Assembly (NCBI GenBank): GCA_037917635.1
Contig: JAVCBX010000149.1
Span: forward strand, 1 to 31,012
DNA length: 31,012 nt
Reading direction: 5' to 3'
From: Thermoproteota archaeon
GTDB taxonomy: Archaea; Korarchaeota; Korarchaeia; Korarchaeales; Korarchaeaceae
Below, piece after piece: positions 1-10,328 of the stretch. Below the pieces are notes generated by a model. That model was not told the DNA's origin and ran no database searches. It saw only the letters and a list, made by a program, of their open reading frames with translations. A program made the position numbers and the translations under genes. The stretch's first letter is position 1, and every line of letters starts with the position of its first letter.

Positions 1-2
1 AT

Positions 3-734
3 GTGGTTGCGGTGGCGGAAGTTGAAGAGCCTTGGAAGTTCGGCGTTGTAGTAGAGGAAGGAGGACTGCTCAAGCGGATTGAGGAGAAACCGCCGAAGGG
101 AAAGGAGCCGAGCAACATGGTGATAGCAGGGGCCTTCTTATTCAAGAAGAAAATCTTCTCGCACATGGAAAGGCTTTCGAAATCATCCCGTGGAGAGTAC
201 GAGTTAACGGACGCGATTCAGGAAGCGGCTTCTTCAGGGGAAAGGGTTGGCATTTTAAGGCTTGAAGGAGGTTGGACCGATGCAGGAACATTCTTCGACC
301 TTCTAAAAGCGTCCAGACTCCTTTTTGATGAGATTCTTGGGCAAGGCCTTTATTCGATTTTTGGTTTTGAGCGAAAGGATGATGTAATCTCAAAGGGCTA
401 CAAAGGAGCTCCTCAATCCAGGGTTAAAGGGCCAACTTTCATCGGAAATGGTGTGAGAATAGGCGAAGGATCAAGCATAGGCCCATACGTCGTCCTCTGC
501 GATGAAGCTTGTATTGAAGAAGGGGCGGAGGTATCGAGATCCATAGTCTTTGAAGGAGCCTCAGTGGGCAGGGAGGCTTCCATAGAGTTAAGCATCTTGG
601 GAGCTCGTTGTGAAGTTGGGAAGGGAGCAAGGCTTAAGAGAAGGCCTAGAAAGGGAGAATTTGGCTTAGTCCTCGCCGAAAAGGCCAAAGTTCCAGACTT
701 CGCTGAACTTGAACCCGGAACTATCCTGGAGTAG
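3..734 (+). CDS. Sugar-phosphate nucleotidyltransferase (GlmU/RfbA/Mpg1-like) with C-terminal left-handed beta-helix; 5' end lies outside the window
   Basis: EEKP, RGEYELTDAI and W.DAGT motifs of NTP transferases; hexapeptide-type repeats (GPTFIGNGVRIGEGSSIGP). Confidence 0.85.
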   Translation: MVAVAEVEEPWKFGVVVEEGGLLKRIEEKPPKGKEPSNMVIAGAFLFKKKIFSHMERLSKSSRGEYELTDAIQEAASSGERVGILRLEGGWTDAGTFFDLLKASRLLFDEILGQGLYSIFGFERKDDVISKGYKGAPQSRVKGPTFIGNGVRIGEGSSIGPYVVLCDEACIEEGAEVSRSIVFEGASVGREASIELSILGARCEVGKGARLKRRPRKGEFGLVLAEKAKVPDFAELEPGTILE

Positions 735-738
735 CTCA

Positions 739-1938
739 TTACCTCCTTATTATGACTTTCAGAACGTCCCTATGGTTTGGAATATGAGAAAGCCCGACTT
801 TTACCCTTTTTCTCACATCAAAACCAGCAATAGCCCTTTCTGCTATCTCAGTGTGAATTTCCAATGCCAAATCCCTAACATTAGCATCTTCTGGCATTAA
901 AAAAACGTCAGGAAGGATCCTTCCATCTTTATCGGATAATTTGACCTCATTTTCAACTGGAAAAACCGCTTTATACCTACCAAGGTTAAAGATGCTCTTA
1001 TCAAGGGCTTCTTGGACGCCAGTCGTGCCGTAAACATCCAGAACTCTCTCTTGAATCAACTTAAGTGCCTTTATCTGAGGCTCTGCAAGCTTACTCTCAT
1101 CTAAAATTTCGAAATCGCTGTCTCCCGGCTCATATCTAATAAAGCCCATCGAAGCGGCCCTTCTAAGTATGAGTTCAGCTTCAGCCGAGGTTGGGACGAC
1201 GGGCTCCTTCAAATTTTCCTTAAGCCTTTCTAGGTTCCTTTCACTTCCTGGAACATCTATCTTATTGGCAGCTATCAACATCGGCTTTGTGTTCTCCCTG
1301 AGCAAGGATGAGAACGAGAAGAGTTGTTCCTCTGACCACTCATCTATCTTAGATAGGTTAAGGTCAAGCTCCTTTGCTGTCGCTAAGACCTCAACCTTAG
1401 TGATTCCTAGACCTGAAAGGATCCCTCCAAGCACCTCTTCTGGCTTCTCCTTCACTATCTTTATCCTCCTTCTTATCGTAGGCATGTTCCTCTTTATTAT
1501 GCCCTTAAGCCAGTGGGCGAATTCCTCCTTAACCAACAATGCATCTCTCGTAGGATCGTATGATCCGGGTTTTGTGGGCCTTCCCTCCTCATCAGTTGCT
1601 CCTGAAGCATCAACAACTAATATGTGGACCTTAGCCTTTCTTAGATCGTCCAAGAACTTGTTTCCGAGTCCTCTACCCATATGAGCACCTGGAACTAGTC
1701 CAGCCACGTCCAAGAGTTTTACAGGCACGTACCTGCTCCTTCCGTTGCACCAACCGAACCTGGGCTCGCATTTCAATCCAAACTCGCTGCAAACTGACTT
1801 AACTCTCACGTAACCTATTCCCTCATTTGGCTTGATTGTTACAAAGGGCCTATCCCCAATCTCAGCCTCCACAAGAGTGGCTGCGGAGAAAAAAGTTGTC
1901 TTACCCACGTTCGTCTTTCCAACTATACCGATGAGCAT
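739..1938 (-). CDS. ychF: Obg-family redox-regulated ATPase/GTPase YchF (archaeal type) with C-terminal TGS domain
   Basis: [10 protein letters not shown]-loop, [38 protein letters not shown]. Confidence 0.93.
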   Translation of the reverse strand: MLIGIVGKTNVGKTTFFSAATLVEAEIGDRPFVTIKPNEGIGYVRVKSVCSEFGLKCEPRFGWCNGRSRYVPVKLLDVAGLVPGAHMGRGLGNKFLDDLRKAKVHILVVDASGATDEEGRPTKPGSYDPTRDALLVKEEFAHWLKGIIKRNMPTIRRRIKIVKEKPEEVLGGILSGLGITKVEVLATAKELDLNLSKIDEWSEEQLFSFSSLLRENTKPMLIAANKIDVPGSERNLERLKENLKEPVVPTSAEAELILRRAASMGFIRYEPGDSDFEILDESKLAEPQIKALKLIQERVLDVYGTTGVQEALDKSIFNLGRYKAVFPVENEVKLSDKDGRILPDVFLMPEDANVRDLALEIHTEIAERAIAGFDVRKRVKVGLSHIPNHRDVLKVIIRR

Positions 1939-1974
1939 CTTTCAATAATCACACTCAATAATTTTAAATCAGGG

Positions 1975-2607
1975 GTGGTCAAACGAGAGGGAAGCATCGG
2001 GTGGGATGAAACTTTGCCAGTCTTTGGAAGATACTTAGAAAAGTTGATCTGGAGAGAAAGAAAGAAGATGCCTGAACTCGTGAAGCTTTGGCAGGAGAGA
2101 CTGGCCAAGTGGAGGAGACAACCCGCAGTCGTTAGGATAGAAAAGCCAACTAGACCTGATAGGGCTAGGGAACTCGGATATAAGGCCAAACAGGGCTTTG
2201 TAATAGCTAGAGTTAGGATTAGAAAGGGAGGCAGGAGGAAGCCAAGACCAAGATCAGGGAGGAAGCCAGGGAGCATGGGGGTCAAGAAGCTGACCCCAGC
2301 CAAGAGCTTAAGATGGATAGCTGAGGAGAGAGCTGCAAGAAAGTTCCCAAACTTGGAAGTGCTAAACTCCTATTACGTGGCCGAGGACGGAAAGTACAAG
2401 TGGTATGAGGTAATACTCGTTGACCCCAATCACCCCGCCGTCAAATCAGATCCAACTATAAACTGGATAACCAGGTCTGTTCACAAGGGAAGGGTGTTTA
2501 GAGGGCTTACAAGCGCTGGAAAGAAGGCAAGAGGTCTAAGGAAGAGGAGAGGAATTCCAGAATGGGTCAAGAGGTTTAAGAGGAAGTTTAAGAGGCTTCT
2601 CCGTTGA
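1975..2607 (+). CDS. rpl15e: 50S ribosomal protein L15e (true start probably TTG at 2014)
   Basis: [47 protein letters not shown]. Confidence 0.97.
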   Translation: MVKREGSIGWDETLPVFGRYLEKLIWRERKKMPELVKLWQERLAKWRRQPAVVRIEKPTRPDRARELGYKAKQGFVIARVRIRKGGRRKPRPRSGRKPGSMGVKKLTPAKSLRWIAEERAARKFPNLEVLNSYYVAEDGKYKWYEVILVDPNHPAVKSDPTINWITRSVHKGRVFRGLTSAGKKARGLRKRRGIPEWVKRFKRKFKRLLR

Positions 2608-3071
2608 AGGGTGAGTTCAAGGTTAAGGTAGTATCAGCTCAGCTTGACATGTTCATCTATCCCACTGAGAATAAAGAGAGGGCACTTAGGGCGCTGATGA
2701 ACCTGATCCCACAAGATTTGAGGGAAAGGGTTCCCATTGAGAGGTCATCCTTCAAAAGCCATTACGGCTATTCTTTGGAGAAGGCCTCAGTTAAGTTGAT
2801 TGGGAAGGATGCAAGGGCCCTTATAAGCCATTTAGAGTCGATGATGGATGAAGAAACTGCAGAGGAAATCTCAAGAACGCTAGAGATGAGAACTGATGAT
2901 AGAAACCTTTACATAAGAGTCAACAAGCAGGATGCTTTTGAGGGAAGGATAAAGCTTCATGGAAGGGACCCGGGAGGGCAAATAAGGATTAAAATAACCT
3001 ATTTTGGTTACCTTCCTAAAGGAGGACTTATAAGGGCGATTAGGGAAAGGGGAATAGGAATTACCAGATGA
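2604..3071 (+). CDS. DUF54-family RNA-binding protein of the exosome superoperon
   Basis: YPTE...[20 protein letters not shown] pattern; canonical position between rpl15e and rnp3. Confidence 0.75.
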   Translation: MKGEFKVKVVSAQLDMFIYPTENKERALRALMNLIPQDLRERVPIERSSFKSHYGYSLEKASVKLIGKDARALISHLESMMDEETAEEISRTLEMRTDDRNLYIRVNKQDAFEGRIKLHGRDPGGQIRIKITYFGYLPKGGLIRAIRERGIGITR

Positions 3072-3730
3072 GGAAATACGTCGACCTAAAGCTTTGGTGC
3101 TGCGATTCGAATGAGGAACTTAAGTTTTTGATTGATGCTGCAGAGGAAATGGGCTACTGGGCTGTTGGAATCGCCTGCAAGCCTGAGAACTTTGAAAAAG
3201 CTAGAAAGGCGGTTAAACTCCTTAGATCTGAAGGTAAAAAAGTGTTTATTTCTGTCGAGGTTAGCCTTGAGAGTCCAAATGACTTAAGAACACTTTCAAA
3301 ACTCTTAAAGAAGAAAGCTTTCGTCTCTGCAGTTCCAAATTCCCTTGAGATGACGAGAAGGGCGGTCAAGTCAGGTGTTGACTCAATCGTCCTCTCTGCA
3401 AAGAAGAGAAGGCTTTTTTTCGACTCCGTTTGTGCAAAAGACCTCGCTAGAAAGGGAGGGGGCGTTGAAGTTCACCTGATTGACCTGATAAAATCGGATA
3501 GGGGAACTCTGATAAGGGCTCTTAGGGCAATAAGGCTGGAGCTAAAGATAGCTAGAAAGTACGGGATCCCCCTCATTTCATCAAGCGGAGCCTCAAAAAA
3601 GCTTGAGCTAATGGATCCTCTGATGATGGCATCTTTGGCAGAGACTCTCCTCGAAATTCCTGTAGAAGCAGCATTAAATTCGATAAGCGACTATCCCCAT
3701 TCCTTACTCCTCAATAAGGGGTTGATTTAA
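3068..3730 (+). CDS. rnp3: RNase P protein subunit p30 (Rpp30)
   Basis: YVDL start, PLISSGA...L.DP..MASL motif; superoperon position. Confidence 0.85.
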   Translation: MRKYVDLKLWCCDSNEELKFLIDAAEEMGYWAVGIACKPENFEKARKAVKLLRSEGKKVFISVEVSLESPNDLRTLSKLLKKKAFVSAVPNSLEMTRRAVKSGVDSIVLSAKKRRLFFDSVCAKDLARKGGGVEVHLIDLIKSDRGTLIRALRAIRLELKIARKYGIPLISSSGASKKLELMDPLMMASLAETLLEIPVEAALNSISDYPHSLLLNKGLI

Positions 3731-4057
3731 GTGAGGGCTAAGGTGCCGATAGGGTTTGTTCACCCTAAGAGGTATGTGCTGCTTGAAGTTAAAGGGATGG
3801 AGCCTCAAAACCTGATAGGATCGGTTATAAAAGTTATTCAGGAGCTTTATGGGATCATTGGAGCTTCGAAGATTAGAATAGCGTTGAAGCACTACGAGAA
3901 TGGCAAGGCCATAATAGAGACGACGAACAAGGACTTGCCGAGGGTCATGACAGCGCTTGCCTTTGCATCTATAAGATCTAAAGCAAAAATAAGGGTCAGG
4001 GGGATTTATGGGACCATCAAGAAGTGCATTCAATCCATGAGAAGACAGAAAGATTAG
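3731..4057 (+). CDS. rnp2: RNase P protein subunit Pop5/Rpp14
   Basis: KRYVLLEV, LYGIIG, GIYGTIKK. Confidence 0.88.
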   Translation: MRAKVPIGFVHPKRYVLLEVKGMEPQNLIGSVIKVIQELYGIIGASKIRIALKHYENGKAIIETTNKDLPRVMTALAFASIRSKAKIRVRGIYGTIKKCIQSMRRQKD

Positions 4058-4168
4058 CGGAAAGTAGCTTATGCCTAATGTAGCTTTTATTGTTAATTGT
4101 TATACATAATATTAGAGGGTGAGCCTTTTATTCGGCACCGATAAGGAGTTCTAGTCGGGTGTAATCTC

Positions 4169-4879
4169 ATGTTCCCTGATACGATAAGGGCTTATGATAG
4201 AGCTATTACCGTGTTCAGCCCAGATGGGCGACTATTACAGGTCGAGTACGCTCTAACTGCTACAAGAAGGACACCACTTGCTCTAGGAGCGAGATGCGTT
4301 GAAGGAATTGTCTTGATGGCCAAAAGGCCGGGATCTCCTCTACTTTCCCTTCCAGGAAAGATATACAAGATAGATGATCACATAGGAGCAATAGCAGCCG
4401 GCCTGGTTGGAGATGGCTTAGTGCTGGTGGATAAGGGAAGGATAGAGGCCCAGTCTCACAGGCTGATCTTCAACGAGCCTATAACCGTAGAGAACCTGGC
4501 AAGGAGGATAGCTCTTTTCAAGCAATCCTACACTCAATATGCTGGAGTAAGGCCCTTCGGAGTCGTAATGATATTTGGTGGAATAGACGAGAAGCCAAAC
4601 CTTTACGTAACCCATCCTGGAGGAGCCTACTTCAGCTACTTAGCAGTTGCAATGGGAAAGGGAAGCGACGAGGTTAATGAATTCTTTAGGAAGAACTACA
4701 AAGAAGATCAAAGCCTAGATGAGGTTATAAAACTTCTAATGGGACAAATAGTCAGGACTAGCGAGGAAAAGCTCACGCCTAGGCACATAGAAGCTGCAAT
4801 AGTTCCAGTGGAAACTAAGAGATTCAGATTCCTCGCTGAGGAAGAGGTCAAGCGCTACCTCGAGGAGGTTCAGGGCTAA
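4169..4879 (+). CDS. psmA: Proteasome subunit alpha
   Basis: AYDRAITVFSPDGRLLQVEYA; QYAGVRPFGV. Confidence 0.97.
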   Translation: MFPDTIRAYDRAITVFSPDGRLLQVEYALTATRRTPLALGARCVEGIVLMAKRPGSPLLSLPGKIYKIDDHIGAIAAGLVGDGLVLVDKGRIEAQSHRLIFNEPITVENLARRIALFKQSYTQYAGVRPFGVVMIFGGIDEKPNLYVTHPGGAYFSYLAVAMGKGSDEVNEFFRKNYKEDQSLDEVIKLLMGQIVRTSEEKLTPRHIEAAIVPVETKRFRFLAEEEVKRYLEEVQG

Positions 4880-4886
4880 GGAGGCA

Positions 4887-5591
4887 ATGAATTTAGGAGG
4901 GATTGGAATGAGCGAGCCAGTCATCGCAAGAATTGACGTTAGAGGAAAGCACCATTTTGAAGTGTATGTTTATCCAGAGAAGGCCTATTCTTATCTTGAA
5001 GGTAAGAAGATAAGTGCAGAGGAAATACTTGCCGTTGAAAAGGTTTTTAAAGACGCTAAGAAAGGAATAGAAGCTTCATCAAAGGAGCTAATTGAGGCCT
5101 TCGGAACCGACGATCCGTATGAGGTTTGCAGGAGGATACTGGATGAAGGAAAGGTCCAGTTGACAACCGAATACTTAAGGAAGCTTCAGGAGAGGAAGAG
5201 AAGGTGGATAGTGAATTTCATACATCAAAACTTCGTCGATCCAAAGACAAACCTCCCTCATCCTATCGCTAGGATAGAGAGGGCCCTGAAGGAAGCAAAG
5301 GTAAGGGTTGACCCTTATAAGAGGCCTGAGGAACAGGTTAGCTCAATTGTTGAGTCCCTTAGAAAGGTCTTACCTCTAAAAGGAGGCGTTTCGAGGTTAA
5401 GGGTTAAAATACCCATAGCGGCTTGGGGCAAGGTAAGGGCCGGCCTCTCAGGCCTTGGAAAGGTTCTAAAGGAGGAGGTATCGAAGGACGGAAGAATGGC
5501 TGTAATAGATGTTGAGATTTCGATAAGGGCCCAAGCCTCGGTTTATGAAGTTGTTGGAAAGGTAGGTGGAAACGTTGAGGAGATCAGCTAG
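4887..5591 (+). CDS. sdo1: Ribosome maturation factor SBDS/Sdo1 (likely start ATG 4908)
   Basis: KHHFEV.VYPE, FKDAKKG, VDPKTNLPHP..RIE.A. Confidence 0.95.
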   Translation: MNLGGIGMSEPVIARIDVRGKHHFEVYVYPEKAYSYLEGKKISAEEILAVEKVFKDAKKGIEASSKELIEAFGTDDPYEVCRRILDEGKVQLTTEYLRKLQERKRRWIVNFIHQNFVDPKTNLPHPIARIERALKEAKVRVDPYKRPEEQVSSIVESLRKVLPLKGGVSRLRVKIPIAAWGKVRAGLSGLGKVLKEEVSKDGRMAVIDVEISIRAQASVYEVVGKVGGNVEEIS

Positions 5592-6309
5592 CTCTGGTTC
5601 CGGTTTCAAAGGTGAACTCTTCGTTAAGAACAGGGAGCTCGTCCTTCCAGGACAACCCCTTGCTAAAGGGGCTTTTAAGGCTGATAAAGGGATTTATGTA
5701 GATGAAGAAGGAATTCTGAGGTCTTCTGTAATAGGTTTGGCCGAGATAAGTGAGAATAAGATAGGAATAATACCACTTAAGGGGAGCTACGTTCCAAAGC
5801 CGGGGGACTTAGTGATTGCGATGGTAGAGAAGGTTTCTCAGAGGATTATATTTGCAGACATAAACTCACATTGCAAGGCGATTATGATAGTTCCAAAGCA
5901 GGAGGAAAAGAGAAGGAACCCCCTTCTCGAAAAGTACGAGAAGCTAGCTCCAGGAGACATGGTCTTGGCTAAAGTGATGGCATATGATGGAATATCCAAC
6001 CCTCTCCTCTCTATAAAGGGAGAGGGACTTGGAAAACTTGAAGGAGGATCCTTAATTCGAATAGAGCCTAGCAAGGTGCCAAGGGCGTTGGGTAGGAGGC
6101 AGTCGATGCTTCAAGTTCTTAAGCAGAAGACCAGGTGCGACATAGTCATAGCTCAGAATGGGATGGTTTGGGTCAACTCAACCGACCAAAGGGTTGTGAA
6201 CGCATTGGAAATGGCCCTTAGAATGATAGAGAGGGAGTCCCATCTCTCCGGCCTTACTGAGAGGGTAAGTCAGCTCCTAGACTCCGTGCTTGGAGGGAGA
6301 AAAGGATGA
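5566..6309 (+). CDS. rrp4: Exosome RNA-binding subunit Rrp4 (S1+KH)
   Basis: [37 protein letters not shown]. Confidence 0.93.
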   Translation: METLRRSASSGSGFKGELFVKNRELVLPGQPLAKGAFKADKGIYVDEEGILRSSVIGLAEISENKIGIIPLKGSYVPKPGDLVIAMVEKVSQRIIFADINSHCKAIMIVPKQEEKRRNPLLEKYEKLAPGDMVLAKVMAYDGISNPLLSIKGEGLGKLEGGSLIRIEPSKVPRALGRRQSMLQVLKQKTRCDIVIAQNGMVWVNSTDQRVVNALEMALRMIERESHLSGLTERVSQLLDSVLGGRKG

Positions 6310-7058
6310 GCATATTCGTTGAAACTAAGCCAGAGGTTCTGATAAAGGAGGATGGAACAAGAATAGATGGAAGAAGACCGGATGAAATGAGACCAATTAG
6401 CATGGAAGTTGGGGTTTTGAAGAAGGCAAATGGATCGGCTTACGTAGAATGGGGTGGAAATAGAGTCCTAGCAGCAGTTTACGGGCCTAGGGAGGTTCAT
6501 CCGAGGCACCTAGCCCTTCCTGATAGGGCTCTGCTTAGGTGTAGGTATAACATGGCTCCCTTTTCAACTCTCGAGAGGAAGAGGCCAGGTCCTGATAGGA
6601 GAAGCGTTGAGTTATCTAAGGTCATAAGAGAGGCTCTTTTGCCCGCTATATTTGTGGAGAAATTTCCAAACACAACTATAGATGTTTTCGTAGAAATCTT
6701 AAGGTCAGACGCAGGAACAAGGGTGGCTGGGATAACGGCAGCATCTTTAGCCCTTGCAGATGCAGGAATTCCAATGAAAGGCCTTGTCTCTAGTTGTGCC
6801 GTTGGAAAGATTGGAAAGTGGATAGTCTTAGATGTCGGTCATGAGGAGGACATGTGGGGGGATGCGGATATGCCGCTTGCAATGATAATGGAGACGCAGG
6901 AGATAACCTTGCTTCAAGCTGACGGAATCTTAACTCCCGATGAGTTCAGAAAAGCCATGGATTTGGCAATAAAGGGCTGCAACTTCGTTTACGAGCTTCA
7001 GAAGGAGGCGCTTAGGAGACCTTACATCTTAGTTGAGAGGGAAAGGGAGGTGGTTTAA
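6306..7058 (+). CDS. rrp41: Exosome catalytic subunit Rrp41 (RNase PH fold)
   Basis: [45 protein letters not shown]. Confidence 0.96.
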   Translation: MSIFVETKPEVLIKEDGTRIDGRRPDEMRPISMEVGVLKKANGSAYVEWGGNRVLAAVYGPREVHPRHLALPDRALLRCRYNMAPFSTLERKRPGPDRRSVELSKVIREALLPAIFVEKFPNTTIDVFVEILRSDAGTRVAGITAASLALADAGIPMKGLVSSCAVGKIGKWIVLDVGHEEDMWGDADMPLAMIMETQEITLLQADGILTPDEFRKAMDLAIKGCNFVYELQKEALRRPYILVEREREVV

Positions 7059-7874
7059 ATGAGCCTTGAGGAAAGGATATCCTCATCTTTACTAAAGGAG
7101 CACATAGTAAAGCTTGCAAGGGAAGGGAAGAGGAAGGACGGGAGAAAGTTCGATGAGATCAGGCCCATAGAGATAAAGGAGGGAACCTTCACTAAAGGCC
7201 TTGGAGAGTGTTGGGCCTCTCTCGGCAAGACTCAGGTGCTCACTAGCTTGAAGTTCGATGTAGGAGAACCCTATCCCGACTCTCCTGACAAGGGGGTTCT
7301 CATATCTAATGTTGAGCTCCTCCCCGTTGCATCTCCAAGCTTTGAGCCGGGTCCTCCTGATGAGAACGCCATAGAGATGGCAAGGGTTGTAGACAGGACA
7401 TTCAGGGGATCCAATGCCATAGATCTATCAAAACTCGTCATAGAAGAGGGAAAGCTTGTCTACATACTATTCCTTGATCTTTATGCTCTTGATTACGACG
7501 GAAATTTGTTCGATGCTCTAACTCTCTCATCTCTAATAACCTTCGCAAGGGCCGAGATGCCAGTTGTTGAACTGGGGGAAGATGGGAGCCCGAAGCTTTT
7601 GGATGAAACCTTCCACCTCCCCTTAGTTGACTATCCCCTCAGCTTTTCCTTCGTGAAGATAGGAGGGCACCTTATGCTTGATCCAACTTTGGAAGAGGAA
7701 TCTGTGGCAGACGCATCCCTAACTCTAGCAATAAACAAGGACCTGAACATATGCTCCATACAAAAAAGGAGTGGGGCGTTTAAGACTAGTGAAATTAATA
7801 AGGCTGTTGAGATAGCTCGTGCTAAGTACCCTGAGGTAATGGAGAAGGTAAGGGAGGTGGTGGACGTTGCCTAA
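7059..7874 (+). CDS. rrp42: Exosome subunit Rrp42
   Basis: RKDGRKFDEIRP, PYPDSPDKGVL, FEPGPPDENAIEMARVVDR. Confidence 0.96.
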   Translation: MSLEERISSSLLKEHIVKLAREGKRKDGRKFDEIRPIEIKEGTFTKGLGECWASLGKTQVLTSLKFDVGEPYPDSPDKGVLISNVELLPVASPSFEPGPPDENAIEMARVVDRTFRGSNAIDLSKLVIEEGKLVYILFLDLYALDYDGNLFDALTLSSLITFARAEMPVVELGEDGSPKLLDETFHLPLVDYPLSFSFVKIGGHLMLDPTLEEESVADASLTLAINKDLNICSIQKRSGAFKTSEINKAVEIARAKYPEVMEKVREVVDVA

Positions 7875-8148
7875 GGCAGGAGTTCCAAGGGCCAAGCTAA
7901 GGGTTCCAAGGTATGGAAGGAGGATCAGAAAGCAATACGAGGCCATACTGGCGAAGGCAAAGGCCAAGTACAAGTGTCCAAGGTGCAACGTTCAAGCGGT
8001 TTTCAGGGTGAGACTAGGGGTCTGGAGGTGCAAGAAGTGTGGCTTTGAGTTTACAGGAGGAGCATGGGTTCCCCAAACCCCAACTGCAAGGTCAAACTAT
8101 GCCTCCTTGATGAGGACTGTTTCTCAGCTTAAGAAGGAGGAATCCTAA
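7867..8148 (+). CDS. rpl37ae: 50S ribosomal protein L37ae
   Basis: RYGRRIRK, CPRC...GVWRCKKC, FTGGAWVP. Confidence 0.96.
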   Translation: MPKAGVPRAKLRVPRYGRRIRKQYEAILAKAKAKYKCPRCNVQAVFRVRLGVWRCKKCGFEFTGGAWVPQTPTARSNYASLMRTVSQLKKEES

Positions 8149-8159
8149 GGGTCCATGCC

Positions 8160-8744
8160 ATGCTGCTCATCACAACATCGAGGAGACCTTCAAGAAGGAC
8201 TAGAACTTTCATAAGAGACCTCTATCACGTAATACCAGGGGCAAAAAGGGTTAACAGAGGGAAGAAAAGCATAGAAGATCTTAAGAAGCTTGCGATAGGA
8301 GAGGGCTTTAAGAGGGTTCTAATAGTAGGGACCCTGAGGGGAAATCCCTCAACCTTGACCTTCATCGCAACGCTTCCAGCCGAGATAAGGTACCTTCCTC
8401 TAATGATCTGGCTTAAAGGAGTGGCGCTGAGAAGGGAGATGACTAAGAAAAGGGCTCCTTATGCAAGAACCCTCGGAGTTGTCGTGACATCAGAGGTTCC
8501 AAGGGAATTCGGCCTCGGCTTTTCTGAGGGATTTGGGGTCGAGAAGCCAAAGGAAATTGAAAACTCACGAGATCTGACTGAACTTGTTGAATATAGCGAT
8601 GTGGTCCTTCTTATTCAGAAGAAAGGAGGGGATCTCGTTGCAAGCTTCTACTTCACCCACCCTTTAATGGAGCTGGGACCAAGGATGTATCTGGGAGGGA
8701 TGAAAAGGCTTGAAAGTGAGATTTTCAGCGAAAATCAAGGTTAG
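8160..8744 (+). CDS. Brix/Imp4-domain ribosome biogenesis protein
   Basis: MLLITTSRRPSRRTRTFIRDL, NRGKKS, GPRMYL. Confidence 0.9.
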   Translation: MLLITTSRRPSRRTRTFIRDLYHVIPGAKRVNRGKKSIEDLKKLAIGEGFKRVLIVGTLRGNPSTLTFIATLPAEIRYLPLMIWLKGVALRREMTKKRAPYARTLGVVVTSEVPREFGLGFSEGFGVEKPKEIENSRDLTELVEYSDVVLLIQKKGGDLVASFYFTHPLMELGPRMYLGGMKRLESEIFSENQG

Positions 8745-8967
8745 GGGGGATCCTAACCTAGTTGAGAGGATGAGAAAGGTACTAGTTCCTGACTTCAAGC
8801 AGGCGCTTGAGGCGGAGAAGCTGATGAAGAACCAAGAAGAAGCGGTATGGGAAATCGAGATATCAGAGGAGAAGGTATCAAGGCTGAGAGCCCTTACAAA
8901 TAGCATTTTAAGGGCAGTATCCCTCTTCTTAGAAGTAGAAGGCATCTTTGAGAGCTCGGAAACATAA
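8710..8967 (+). CDS. pcc1: KEOPS complex subunit Pcc1
   Basis: Small protein with LVPD and SRLRALTNSILR; canonical position after Brix. Confidence 0.75.
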   Translation: MKVRFSAKIKVRGDPNLVERMRKVLVPDFKQALEAEKLMKNQEEAVWEIEISEEKVSRLRALTNSILRAVSLFLEVEGIFESSET

Positions 8968-9011
8968 GATGGCAAGCGATAACTAAATAAGGTAAGGGGA
9001 TGAAAGTTATT

Positions 9012-9084
9012 GGGCCGGTGGTCTAGTGGCTATGACGCCGCCCTCACGCGGCGGAGGTCGAGGGTTCGAATCCCTCCCGGCCCA
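9012..9084 (+). tRNA. tRNA-Val (anticodon CAC), no intron, CCA not encoded
   Basis: Full cloverleaf: GGGCCGG/CCGGCCC acceptor, CCGCC-CTCACGC-GGCGG anticodon arm, GAGGG-TTCGAAT-CCCTC T arm, A73. Confidence 0.97.
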
Positions 9085-9231
9085 CTTCTTTCATGAGAGG
9101 CATTTGATCAATGCGTTAACTTTTGAGGGGCTTTAATAAGGGAAAAGCTCTTGTCTTAGCTCAGGCCTAAGGATTAATTAGAGACCACAAATTTTATTTT
9201 AATGGAAGAATAAGCCCTAAGGCTGATTCAG

Positions 9232-9900
9232 ATGGATTGGGAGAGATGGAGGCTAATAAGGAGAACCTCTGAGAGACACGAGTACTGGATCTTCTCAACT
9301 CGCTTCAACAGACCCTTATCAAATGTGATAACTTATTTTCTCCTGGAAACAAGGATAACCCCAAACCAAGTAAGCCTTTTGACAATACCTGTTGCCTTGC
9401 TTTCCTCTATTTCATACATTAAAGGTAAGCTTGCATTGGGTGGACTTCTTTTCCACTTTTCCTCCATATTAGATGGTGTTGACGGTGAGATAGCTAGGGC
9501 GAGGGGGATAGCGTCTCCTCTAGGCAGGGTGATAGACTCCCTTTGTGACAGGTTTGTGGAGGCCTCTGTGTGTCTCTCTATAGGTTATCACTCATTCGTC
9601 TCCTCCAACTCCCCCCTCGGCTTCTTGTTCTCTACCATAGGCCTTATAGGCCTGTTCTTTGATCCATACTTAGCCGAGCTTATTAAGGCAAGGACAGGAA
9701 GGCCTCTTCATGATGCTACGAAGCTGATAGAGTCCAGACTTAGGTTCAGCCTTGCTGACAGGGGATTTAGGATTTTTGTCGTTATGATAGCATCCATCCT
9801 CGGTAGACCTGAGCTGGGTTTGCTCTTTGTTGGGATTCTATCTCTTCTTTACGCAACAGCTAAGTTCTTGTGCTGGTTGAAGATAAAAGGTCGTTTTTAA
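9232..9900 (+). CDS. CDP-alcohol phosphatidyltransferase family membrane protein (DIPP-synthase-like N-terminus)
   Basis: DGVDGEIARARG...GRVIDSLCD signature; NRPLS and ITPNQVS motifs; hydrophobic helices. Confidence 0.9.
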   Translation: MDWERWRLIRRTSERHEYWIFSTRFNRPLSNVITYFLLETRITPNQVSLLTIPVALLSSISYIKGKLALGGLLFHFSSILDGVDGEIARARGIASPLGRVIDSLCDRFVEASVCLSIGYHSFVSSNSPLGFLFSTIGLIGLFFDPYLAELIKARTGRPLHDATKLIESRLRFSLADRGFRIFVVMIASILGRPELGLLFVGILSLLYATAKFLCWLKIKGRF

Positions 9901-9972
9901 GGAGTTTGAAGCCTAGAAAGGCATTTGATCCTTAAGCTAAGGAACAGAAGGCCAAGTCACTCTTTTTAAGGT

Positions 9973-10275
9973 TTGAGAATGATTCCTCCGGAGAAAATGC
10001 CAACTTACACCTTCGTTATCTTTTACAAGATAAGGCCTCTAACTCCGGAGGAGGAGGAAAGGGCAAGAAAAGAATGGTCAGAAATACTTGAGAAATGGCC
10101 CTCCAAGATCAGGCTGACAGGAATATTCGATCACGCTTGGGGAACCTCCTATAACGGGTTCATGACCATAGAGTGCGAGGACTATGGGGAGTACGTCAAG
10201 TTCTGGAAGTGGTTTAAGGATCGGATAAGGTGGTATGTGACCGAGACCAAGACGGTCATAGGGGTGAGGAGGTAA
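9973..10275 (+). CDS. Hypothetical ~100-aa protein, possibly dimeric alpha+beta barrel (ferredoxin-like) fold
   Basis: Open frame with native-like codon use between two genes; alternating beta/alpha pattern (TFVIFYK, helix, RLTGIF, GFMTIEC, helix, TKTVIG). Confidence 0.7.
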   Translation: MRMIPPEKMPTYTFVIFYKIRPLTPEEEERARKEWSEILEKWPSKIRLTGIFDHAWGTSYNGFMTIECEDYGEYVKFWKWFKDRIRWYVTETKTVIGVRR

Positions 10276-10328
10276 TAAATCCTCAACCTCCTTTTTTCTT
10301 CGAGGAGTTGGGCGTGGTGAGCTTTGGG

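Noticed and set aside
1169-1684. Long antisense ORFs in the track (e.g. 1169-1684, 11252-11695, 15981-16421, 26587-26946, 28888-29307, 30470-30865)
   Set aside because: Ser/Leu/Phe-rich shadows of purine-rich sense genes with no recognisable motifs
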